Positions 49,426-60,365 of a stretch of DNA of 64,000 nt are shown piece after piece. The number at the start of each line of letters is the position of its first letter. Position 1 is the first letter of the stretch. The notes under the pieces were generated by a model. The model ran no database searches. It was not told where the DNA came from and saw only the letters and a list, made by a program, of their open reading frames with translations. The position numbers and the translations under genes are program-made. Source of the stretch: Callorhinchus milii (lineage: Eukaryota); contig NW_024704742.1 of assembly GCF_018977255.1 (NCBI RefSeq), positions 28,582,001 through 28,646,000 on the forward strand, written 5' to 3'.

Positions 49426-51149
49426 TGGAAGGACTTACTCCTTAAAAACAAGGATTATCATTTTTATCATCGTCCACTGAACAACTGACAAAGTGCATTA
49501 TTTTAATGCGAGAGTTTCAGCTACATCTGAGCTGAAATAAATGGCCATTACACTGATAAATTAGTTAGCCATGTAACAAGAAATCACAACCATTTAAAAA
49601 CTAAGACACCTACTTCATTGAAATAAGAATAAGCCCAATAGTGCGATCTTGTTAAGCTTGTGATGGGGTTAAAATGATTTAATTAAATATAAATTGTGAG
49701 GACATTTTATAATATGTACAGTTTTAAGAGACTTCAAACTGAAAGAAAGAAATTTTAATGCAATTAACTTCACAGAGAAAACATTTGTGAAATTATGGGT
49801 TCATAGATTTCGCAGGAATACCAAAAGTGAAGGCTCATTAGTGGTGAAGAAGCATTGTGCATAGAAAAGATGAACCAGTTAGTTTGGAGCATGAAATTCA
49901 GTGGAAGGAAACCTTCCAGGATTGTTCACATTCCCACAGTATTTTTAAAAAACATGCGAGCAAGTAATTGTTCTCAATTATATTCCATACGGGATATAAA
50001 GATTAAGCAACAAATCTGTTGGCTTTTAAACAGGTTTCAAAAGGGATTTTATTTCTCTTGCAATGGAATGTCTAAATTAGCTGATGTATGAAGAGGTTCC
50101 AAAGAACCTTTCTTTTTACTGAGCAAATGTGTTTTGTTCGTTGTGCGAACCCTTTAACATAATTCGCCTACAAGTATAAAGATGAACTCGACAAGTTCGC
50201 CTAAAAATGGGCAGTAACTATATTAATTATTACTATAATATCAAAACTAGTCGGCTGCATAAACACATGAAACTCACTCCCTCAGCTGTTTTCCCTCCCT
50301 TTAGCAAAGATAGAGGGAATAATTCTCCGATCACTGGTAAATTTACCGACCTTGGTCGATGGGTGTGTCAGATTCCCTGTTGATTGTAAATGTGCTGACC
50401 TTGATGGTGCAATACAATGGCATTTTCCACTATCTATTGCCTCTTTAAGCATGTGCCCGCGCTTGGTATTGTCCAAGTTTAATACTGGTTTACAGAGTGG
50501 ACATTCAGCTTTGTAGCCAAGAGAAAATATATATATATATGTGTGTGTGTGTCTATATTTATATATGTGAATTTACTAATTCATTGTAAAAATGTATTCC
50601 TTGAATAGGCTTATATTTGAGCCTGATGTGATTTTCAAGGTGAACCAACAAAAACACCATAATATAACTAACAGTTTTATAAGTTTTGTTCCCAACTTAG
50701 AGATGTAGTGTAACACCACACAAGGAAGGTAGTCTCATCAATTCAGCATTGCACCAGCTGTAGCATAATTGCAGACTAACTTGCAGGCTAGCTTGTGCAA
50801 AGCGAACATTAAACCTTAAAACATTAAGATTTTTAGCATCAGTAAAGAGCTGGCAGGACTTGCCACTCTAAACTAACCTTTAAAAAGGCATTCATTCATT
50901 AATTAGTTGATTCATTTATTCATGGCAGCAGGGACTCTGCACATGCCATAAGCGAATATTAGCAGACAACGTAGCCCCGCTACAGAATGACACAGAGCTG
51001 ACAGCATAACTCTGGTCTCCTGGCTCTGCACTTCTCTATCACATGCACCACACCTAACTGAGCAGACAGTGTAATCAGATATCAACTTCAAGCACTTAAA
51101 ACATCTACCTAAAAAAGTTCACAGTAAAAAAGTACATAAATGCATCTTT

Positions 51150-51360
51150 CAGCCACTACACCCTAATACTCTGGAACACTCTCCCTCAATCCCTCCGCCT
51201 TTCCCTCTCTCTCCCCTTTCTCAAGTCCCGCCTGAAAACCTTGCTTGTGGACCGTGCTTGGTGCCATCTCCCCGGCTCAGAGTTCAGGCTCATCCACTGT
51301 TAAGTGCTCTCAGAGATGCTACTCTGCTTGGAGGGCGCTATATAAGTGCAACTTGTTGTA
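51150..51360 (+). mobile_element. L2 3' fragment
   Basis: ctctggaacactctccctcaatccctccgcc...ggcgctatataagtgcaacttgttg. Confidence 0.8.
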
Positions 51361-51477
51361 TTTAATTAGTTGGTATAAACCTTGGACTGTCCAATGCCTT
51401 GAAACAGCCTCCTGATGTGAGAGATTATTAAATGTAACTTTCTATTCTATTGTATTTACTGATTCACCAGATTTGAG

Positions 51478-52220
51478 CAGGGTAAATTAAAAAGTAATAT
51501 GATAGAGGTTTTCAAAACTCTGCTAAGTTTTTAAAAGGATAGTCAATAGTCCACTAGTTAGTGAAATCAACAACAAAGGAGTAATACAAATACACAATCA
51601 CTACACTTCACAGCATAGCATTTTGAAGCACTTTGAGACATCGACGATGTGATAAGGTGTTATGTCACATGCAAGAATTATTACTGTTATAATTTCAGTA
51701 ATATCACTGAAAGAATTAAAGGGATATTTTTTCCCACCCACATTTGTTTAAAATGTGAAATGCTTCTCCAGAAGTGGCTATAAATAATAAATATTAATAA
51801 TCCTTGCATTTCATATAGCGCTTTTCATGTCTCCTAGACGTCTCAAAGCGCTTCACAGAATATACTGTAAAGTGAATTGACTGTATATTTGTGAGCGAAA
51901 CACGGCAGCCAATTGCACACAGCAGTGTCCCACAAACAGTCATGGAATGAGTGACCACATTATTTTTTTAGGAAGTATTATCCCCGGAAAAGCGATCTGC
52001 CATGTCGACTGATATCCGGATTCCTACTTACTGCTAGATAAACAGAGGCGTGTGGAGTAAGGAAACTTGCCCAACATTTTGCCCTGATGCTATTGATGCT
52101 GGGTCCATAACATAAAAGAAAATTGAAGGAAAGCTAACACAAAGGGTACGGGCAGGGATGAAGAAATTCGGATCAAAGTATATAACAATCGAAGTTTGTG
52201 GTTGTATGATTCTATGATTT
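51478..52220 (+). mobile_element. CR1 3' end broken by two SINE insertions (plus-strand tail ~51583-51685; minus-strand long-subfamily SINE ~51782-52086)
   Basis: atgatagaggttttcaaa (MIEVFK) motif, terminal tatgattctatgatt, and gctat repeated on both sides of the minus-strand SINE. Confidence 0.7.
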
Positions 52221-52337
52221 GCAGTAGTTCAATCACAGTTCCTCATCGTGCATCTTACCAAAAATTCATACGTCACTTTAAAAGCAGAGAAAAATCCACA
52301 CCCAAGAAAGTGAATTTTCAACTAAATAAGAACTCAC

Positions 52338-52637
52338 TTAGATATGGTGGCTTGTAAGGTGCACGTGTACTGGTCAGAAGCGCATCATATTCTTTCCTGT
52401 CCAAATTGGATGGATGTGACTTTTCTTTTCCAAATGTCGAGAAGGATTTCTCCCCAGTCTGCTCTGGAGCTTCGTAGACCTCAGTGTCAGGCACAGAGTC
52501 CATGCCGGGGACATGCAGATTGCTGCGGTAATCAGAGCCTTGGCGACCATCTGTAGGCACAAAGGTTGGCATCCAACATCGGTCTGAGTGCCCCAGAGCT
52601 TTACACTCTTCTGTGCAATTGGAAAAGAGATCAGCAC
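52338..52637 (-). CDS. PCDH10: Protocadherin-10, penultimate coding exon (cytoplasmic CM2 motif and WIRS-like FSTFGK), 300 nt, phase 1-1
   Basis: Translates (G)ADLFSNCTEECKALGHSDRCWMPTFVPTDGRQGSDYRSNLHVPGMDSVPDTEV...SFSTFGKEK...TRAPYKPPYL, closely matching the vertebrate PCDH10 tail as I recall it. Acceptor tcttgcctgTAG| at 52640-52638; donor |GTGAGT at 52337-52332. Confidence 0.95.
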
Positions 52638-54894
52638 CTACAGGCAAGACAATCAGAAACAGACGGCATTACATTGTGGTATCAGGAAAGCTGCCCGTCC
52701 ACTGAGGCCTGCAGGATTTCACACTTACATTGGTTGCCTACTTGCTTCAAAACTTACATCCCTGCCAATGCTTCCCTGGCGTGATTAGCATTTCCCCCCA
52801 CCCTCTTTTCTCCCTCTCACTCCTGCTGGAGCGGAGACAAAACCGCAATACCTTCATTTAGAGCTGTCTTTATGTACTTGGATGAACACGAAATGGAAAG
52901 GGCCCACCAACCTTTCCTCAGGCTTGTCATTCTCCCCATGGTACAGCCAGTGAACAATAGTCGTCCAAATGTAACACTGCACTGAGAAAACGTAGGGCCA
53001 AGGGGATATTAACATTCTAATAAACCTTCCTTCCCTCGGTAACACAAACAAGAAGATCTTTTAGTACTGCCTCACAGAAATGTTGATAAGTGTACCTCAG
53101 CGGCAGAAAAGTCAACCGGGGATGGAGTTTTGTTGTAGATTTTCCCCACTGTGAATTCTTGCAACTGCAAACCTTCATTTTCTGTAAAGGGCAAGACTAA
53201 CCTGCTTATTGATGCACGTAAGCAGAAAGGTCATCTGTTTTTGTGCCCGGCTGACTTACGCCGTTGTTGGAAGAAATGTATCTAAGTTGGAGAAGGAAAC
53301 CGTTTCATGTTCATACCCAGAGTGACTTATACTTGCCGCAACTGCAGGCACCGCTTGTGATACATATCAAAGCCCGTTCATAGCCAGTCACACAAGCTTT
53401 GATTACCGAGAAGGGTTGCTTATCCATACAGCTTTAAGACACAGAGAACACTAATGAGCTGACATCAGGCACCAGAAAAATAGCCTCATTAGTTTATCTG
53501 TTACAAGGAAACCATAATGGTTTGTATGATAGAGATTCCAAATCCACTTCGGGCGCTGATGTGCACTCATTCCCCTGGCCTTCGTCATACCAGCATGTAA
53601 CTCCTCAATTTGGATTTTGAATTTCTATTCTTTTTAAATTATATATGGCTTCTGGGTTCATCAAGGTGAAGGATGTCAGCGTTGGGAATAGAACACTTAT
53701 AGCAATATTTTGTACCTAGCGTCAGCATACAGCAGTCCCCAGTTGGGTTATAGCATGGGTTGGATGCAGAGGAAAATAAAATTCACGCACCAGCACTGCC
53801 ATCAATGGCAACATTGAAGAAGAACGTAGGACCAAATTCAACGGCATCACCAAAATCACTGACAGCTCTGCCACTGACCAAAAGCAGCAGCATATTCAGC
53901 ATGCCAGGAGCCAGCAATTTAGCCCTTTCTCCTTCTGCCTCTGGAGACAATCTTTTCGTTCTAGTTTCGGGCAGTTTGGGCCCCCACCTGTGCGGACTCA
54001 TGATGCTATTTCTAGATCGCTGGCCTGCAAAGACTTTCTCCGAGCACAGGCATAGGTCTGGTTCTCTTGTATGCAATTTGCAAACAATTGTGCATATGCA
54101 GGCTTACACAGGCAATGTTTGTTACCATCAGAGCCGAAACGTTTGTCCTGCAATGTAAATGGGGCAAATTGCATAGCGCCAGCAGCCTAAACCATAACAG
54201 AACCACTTCAACTGTGATCTAAATAGGTCAGACAGCTCCCCCTACTCAGTCCCAACAGGGTACCTTAATCCCACTCCCAATCTCATAAAGGCACCGATGT
54301 GATGTTTCTACTCCCAAGTGAGCTGTATCCTCATGATCACAGGAATACTGCCATATCCTAGTAATGAGTACAGGTGATGCACCATTCATGAATGAGGCTC
54401 ATTAAATTAGCCTAAAAACAATTTCAGACAGAAGCAGCCTGTCGATCTTACCATCCTGTCCGAAACCACAGTAACAATATCATCAGCAGACCATTGGTCC
54501 AACTAGCCTAAACCTCTGAAACACAGAGATCTGCTCAATCTGATTTCATCTGAAACGAGGAGCAAGCAGCACTGCAGAGATACAGCTACCTGTTTGTATA
54601 TGCACCAGTTCGCCACACTTCAGAAGAAACTGGAGCACCCAGTGTGTAGGTCAATATACCAGGCTGGAATCACAGCAATTTACTCACCCACCTGAATCTG
54701 CCAGTCTGAGGGAAAGTCAGGTTTGAAAGGAGATAGGTCAGTTCCCATTCTTATTATGATACATCATTAATGTCTTGGAAAAGATCAGCTTCTGGGGTGT
54801 CCAAATGGAGATGCCACGGACTGGCAGAGCTCATTTTCGCCTTCGGGAATAAGCTTTCGGTGAAACCTTGTGGGGCACCAATTCATATTTGAAT

Positions 54895-55180
54895 TCATTC
54901 CAGAGAATATGAGGTGTTGGTTGGCAAAAGCCAAGACTCGGGGACCTCAGATTGTGCATTAGGGTACTGCTAGAGTTTAACCATCTTAAAAACACACGCT
55001 TTCCAGTGAGCGTAATGTCTGATAAGTTTCCTCTTGCTTGTCCAGCTACGACTACCTCACCTGCTACGGTTTCAGCTTTCAGAGTTAGCAGAAGTCAAGT
55101 GGGAAGAATCTCTGACCCTCCAAGTTCTGCTGGTGAGTCAGAAAGGTTGGTCTGTCATTAGCAAAACTGCCTGGTTCAGG
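54895..55180 (-). repeat. Unclassified interspersed repeat, internal copy
   Basis: ggttggcaaaagccaagac...gtgcatt.gggtactgct.gagtttaacca matches 45797-45870. Confidence 0.7.
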
Positions 55181-55216
55181 AAAGGATTACTTAGATGACC
55201 ACTTATTTCCTACATT

Positions 55217-55643
55217 TAATAATAATAATGCTTGAATTTGAAATAGCGCCTTATCACGTCATTGAGATATCTCAAAGCAACAACAACAAGATTCCATTTA
55301 TAGAGCGCCTTTCACGTCGGGAGGACGTCCCAAGGCGCTGCACATGATATACTGTAAAGTGAATTGACTACATTTTTTAGGCAAAACATGGCAGCCAATT
55401 GCACACAGCCATGTCCCACAAACAGCCATGGATTGAGAGACCAAATTTATTTTTTATTTTGCTTGAAGGAAATATTCCCCCTGGAAAGCAATTCGCCAAT
55501 CGACTAATAACTGGGTTCCTACTTACTGCTAGGTAAACAGAGGCGTGTGGAGTACTGAAACTTGCCTAAGATTTCGCCCCACCTGGAATCGAACCCGGGT
55601 CCTCTTACTTGCGAGGCGAGTGCTCTAATACGCTACAGGACTC
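55217..55643 (-). mobile_element. Full-length long-subfamily tRNA(Ala-CGC) SINE with an L2 tail (55279-55340) inserted in its own tail
   Basis: Minus-strand head gagtcctgtagcgtattagagcactcgcctCGCaagtaagaggacccgggttcgattcc; two tails in tandem. Confidence 0.9.
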
Positions 55644-56504
55644 CAAACATATCTCCTTGGAGCCAGCTCAGCTCAAGGAGACTGTGCTTATTTCCCCTGC
55701 AACACTATCCCTCCCCCACTCCCCAAGAAGGACAGGGCTCCATAAACTATTTTGAAGAAGAAATAAGCAATAGCATTTATAGTTAAATAATACTCTAGTC
55801 TAAAAATATTTGATTTGATTCCATAAAATGTTGACACTTGCATTTTTTTTCAATGAAGCACAAAATACAATATAAGGAGACCTATTAAATTCAATAGTGA
55901 GATTAAATTTCATTCATTGTGGTGTAAAATAGTACTGTATTGGTTACGACCTGTTCCAAAAGATCAAATCTCGCTTAAAGTCAAAACGCTTAGATTAAAA
56001 TTTTAGTCGATGGTCATTTAAGATTAATTTCTCTGACCTTCTTCCAAGGCCACGATAATGTGTTAACCAGATCACACTTTTAAAGTGACTTTTTGCAGGA
56101 CTTCATGTTAAAACGTGAATCTTTTGAATCAGTGGAATAATGATAGCATGTTAAACTTTGCTAATGTTTCTCTGAAGGCTTTCAGTACTTTGGGTCTAAT
56201 TTAACTTAACATCTATGTTTATCCCCAATCTTAGAGGAATGAGCTCTAAGCGAAGCCCCTTTAGAGGGGACTTTATGGAAATATATAAGAAGCTAAAGCA
56301 AAAAAGAAAATAAGCCCAGAAAAATTAGCCTGAATGTATTTTGCTCTTAAGCCATTTGCTTTAAGATCTATGCCCTGTGGAAGACTGTACAGGCAAGCTT
56401 TCAACTAAAATATTGGTTTGGCACAGAAGGCTGACAAATTCTCTCTGTAAGATTTGTCTTTCATGCAAATTTTTCAAGAGAATTTTTAGAATATGGTGTG
56501 CTTT

Positions 56505-56800
56505 ATAACATTTAAAAGGAAATTGAATGAATATTTGAAGAGAAACAAACTAAAAGGATATGGGGAAAGTGCGGGGAATCGGGATGAGAGTAAATAGGTC
56601 CAGTGAAAGATCCACCCACCAGCTCAGTTTCCATAGGCTGAATGGCCTCCTTCTAGAATATAACAACATTAGAAAACACAAGATGCCATTCAGCTCATCG
56701 AGCCAGTTCCCCCAGTTTATATGATCTCAGCAGATCTTTTATTCCAATGCCCTGCCTTTTTGCCACACCCTTTAGTACCTCTGAACTCTACCTCATGATT
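56505..56800. mobile_element. Two CR1 3'-end remnants, tail to tail
   Basis: tttaaaaggaaattgaatgaatatttg...aaggatatggggaaagtgcgggg...ggctgaatggcctccttct (+), then gccattcagctcatcgagcc (-). Confidence 0.65.
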
Positions 56801-57071
56801 CTATACGAAGGATAGAATTTATCCCTTACATATTCTACACTCTAATTTAATTTTTCTTAGATTTGTTTTAGTAGTTTTATGATTTTTTTTTTACTATCTC
56901 CCTCCCCAATTTAGATGTCCCTGGACACCCCAGAACATGAGGGTGGCAGACTCTCTCCCAACACACCATTCTAGACCCAACAACAAGGAGGTGTATGAGA
57001 GCAGCTTGGGATGATTCCCTCCAGGTATTACATTCCTGAGGAGGAAATAGCTTTCCTCCACTTGGATTTTT

Positions 57072-57398
57072 ACTCAGCAGGCTCCGTCCTGCTCCATATC
57101 CCCCACCGGCCCACCCCATCATCAGTGGTCAGGCCTTCAGCCTCTCTGCCCCCACTCTTTGGAACTTCACCCACATCCCCTTTGCCTCGCTCCCTCCCTG
57201 CATCCTTCAAGGCATGTCCTAAGACCCTCCTCCTTGACCTCGCCTTCGAAAGTGCCTTCGGCCACCCTCCTACCCTCCCCGCACTCCACCCTCTCTGATC
57301 CCAACCCCCCCCCACTGCTCGAGTCCAAATCCTTGACTGTCCAGCGCCTTGGGATGTCTTCCCGATGTGAAAGTTGCTATACAAATGTAATTTTGTAT
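57072..57398 (+). mobile_element. L2 3' fragment
   Basis: SFKACPKTLL motif; tail cagcgccttgggatgtcttcccgatgtgaaagttgctatacaaatgtaa. Confidence 0.85.
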
Positions 57399-58034
57399 TA
57401 TATTTAGCAAATGCTTTTGTTTCACAAAGACCCTCAGTAATCAAAGGATTTCTCTACAGATGACAGAGAATCAGGGAAGATATGAAGCAGAAATGTTGCT
57501 CTATCATTAGGTAAAGAGTGGGACTTAAGGGATCCTTGCAGAATACATCCACCATCCAGCATAGATTTGATCACAATGGATCAAGCAAATCTTTGTATTT
57601 TATTTTTAACGCTGTGTCTGTTGAGTGCTTGCTGGCAAAGACCATGCTAAAAATAAAATGAATGGACCCAACTGATCTGGTCATTCAAATCAATGGGAGC
57701 TAGTGGACATGCTCCATACGTACCCTTCTGCCTACTTCCTCTTCATCAAAATGTCTTTTTTCAAACTCGAAGGAGAAGCTCTTGGCAAAAGATTTCAGTG
57801 AAAGGAATTAAAGTATTCCAGAAATAAATGTGCAGAACACTTTAGAGTCATGGCATCAAGATCACAACTTGAGTTCTTTGCAATAAATGCACCCTATAGT
57901 TATCTTCTTTCTTTAAGTATTTCACTTTGAAAGCACTTAATCCTATAAATACCTTATTCTTCCCATCCTGTGCATTAAAAGCATTTTAACCCAGAAATTC
58001 CCATGGTGGGTTTACCCAGCGACCTAGTCCTGCT

Positions 58035-58335
58035 GTAGAGTGGAAAGATTCCAGATTTGATCCCCAGTCTGTGTGGAGAAGCTTATTTCAGCCAAGGTAA
58101 TACACATATGTGTTAGGTGATGGTGATAGGAGGGGGGAAATTGATTTAAGAACAACTGACTTAAGCCTCTGTACTACACAGAAACAAATCTACAAGGATG
58201 ACCCCAACCCCACAATCATTGTTCAATCAGGAGATCCATATGCTTGGATACCAATGACAAGGACATTATTGGGTTCAGATGCAATTTGCTTCTCCTTCAC
58301 TTTGGCTGAATAGCCTGTCATTCATTGTTCACTAC
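58035..58335 (+). mobile_element. LF-SINE-like remnant
   Basis: ggaaagattccagatttgatccccagtctgtg...tcagcc head and aggacattattgggttcag...ggctgaatagcctgtcattcattgt 3' block. Confidence 0.5.
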
Positions 58336-59454
58336 CAAATGTAACAAATAAAGTAGAGGGGAAAACAACGTAGTCGAGTAGGAGATGAGGACAACATTGG
58401 CAGAGAAAATTATGAGGAAATTGATTTATTCCTTCAGCTGCCTTCTCTGTTAGGTACTTTGTGGAAGTACTTGACAATGGTTTCCTTTTCACCTATGATC
58501 TTGACAATGAATAAACCCAATATTCACTTTCTGTCTCAACAGAAATATATGCAAAACAAATGAATGTGGGTGGAGATAATCTGTGTATTCAGTAATCTTG
58601 CTCCAACGTACCCTGAAGTTGTAAAATGTAAAATGCCTATTTCAATAATGTTTAGTGCCCAAAACTGATCATTTACATCAGTGTGTCAATTCACAGTGGA
58701 GAAAGCCCAAACCCAACATTTGAATCATGCCATACCTTTTAAATAGGTTTCATAAAACAAATGCACTGGACCCTTTTCAAATGATTTTGCTCCATTAAAG
58801 ATGCTTTCAGGCTGTACATAATTTTTGGTTTTTTATTGAATTTTGTTTCAATTATTCCAGGTCTTCCAGGACTAAAATTTAGCAGTTCTCTGAAGTCAAC
58901 AACTGCATTCCAACCACAAAATGCATGTAAACAGAACTCTTTACATCAAGCTACAACCACACTGCTTGTTTGATAATCACAGCTTTAGCTGCCACTAGAT
59001 GTCTTTAGCATGTGTTGAAAATGTTGCACAGCACTGTATTTTTAAGTGAATTACTGACATCTAGTGGCAGAAATAGGTTCCACACCAACATTTCAGCAGT
59101 TTTATTATTACAGCGAAAAAAAATCGAGAAATTTGTTAAGATCAAACCCTTTCATTTCAAGGCATAACCAACTCATCCCTAAATTGCAGTTTAAATATAC
59201 TGTATTTTACAATGAATCTACCACTTGCCTCGATCTGTCCATAGACTAATGTATTAGGTGAGCAAACTAAATGCATGTAATTGTGATGCCTTTAGTAATT
59301 TTCTAGCCTGTTTATAATAATAACAACAATATACCCACAAAATACAATCACTGCACTTTACAGTACAATGGGTCAAGCGCTTTGAGACATCCTCCTGATG
59401 TGTAAGGTACAATATCAAATGTAAGGACGATTATTATTATTATTACTTGTTTAG

Positions 59455-60365
59455 TAACTTTGCATTTCATATAGCAGTTTTCACATCAGGCGATTATCCC
59501 AATACGTTTCACATGATTTACTGTAAAGTGTAATGATCCAGATGATCCAAAACTCCCCCGCACGCATACTCACCCACACTAAACTCTGTATCCCTATCAC
59601 ACCAATTCTAGACAAGCTCCACTGGCTCCTTATCACTGAATGGATTGATGTCAAAATCCTCACACTCATTTTCAAATCCCTTCATGCCCTAGCACCTCCC
59701 TACCTCTCTGATCTGTTTACCCCTCAACCCACAACCCGCTGCCTCCACTCAACTGGCTCCAGCCTTCTGCACATCCCTCGTGCCCTCTGTTCCATCATTA
59801 GCAGTTATGCTTTCAATCACTAAACCCCGAAACTCTGGAACACTCTTCCTCTATCCCTCTACCTTGTTCCTTCCTTTCCCATCTTCAGGTCGACCGTGGT
59901 TACAGTCACTGCCCACCCCCTCTCCAGTTCGGCATTGTGTCCACTACTGTCAAGTGCTCTGGGGCACTACCCTGTATGAGGGGCGCTATATAAATGCAAG
60001 TTGTTGTTGTTGATTGTTTATTTTGTAGCTAAACATGGCAGCCAATTTGCACACAACAATATCCTACAAACAGCAATGAAGTGCTAAATCAATTTTAGTT
60101 GGTGGGATTGTCATCCAGGACATCGAGAAAAACTCCTTTCTTTTTTTCAATAACACTGTGGAAACTTTAACGCCCACCAAAACAGATAGACATGATCTCG
60201 GTTTAAGCATCACATCTGAAAGATGGAAACTCCAACAAAGTTGTGTTCTTCCAGCAGTGCACTGTCGTGTCAGCCTAGACTGTGAGCTCTAAGTCCCAAC
60301 GTGGGGCTTGAATTCACAACCTTCTTACTCGGAGCCAAGAGTGCTACCGACTGAGCCGGGCTAAC
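59455..60365 (-). mobile_element. Full Deu-core SINE split by a sense-strand L2 insertion
   Basis: Tail at 59455-59536; body resumes at ~60013; tRNA head cggctcagtcggtagcactcttggctccgag...gtgaattcaagcccc on the minus strand. Confidence 0.82.
59537..60012 (+). mobile_element. L2 3' fragment nested in the SINE
   Basis: IQMIQNSPARIL..PITPILDKLHWL..KIL.LIFKSLHALAPPYLSDL; tail ggcgctatataaatgcaag(ttg)n. Confidence 0.92.

Noticed and set aside
52318-52647. 109-aa ORF as a standalone gene, or the SEFLFS* ending as the true C-terminus
   Set aside because: It is an internal PCDH10 exon with canonical splice sites, and the ORF ends are intronic. Intron retention cannot be shown from sequence.
53760-54158. 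132-aa ORF antisense to the PCDH10 intron
   Set aside because: It has a non-ATG start, no recognisable motif and no evident exon structure.
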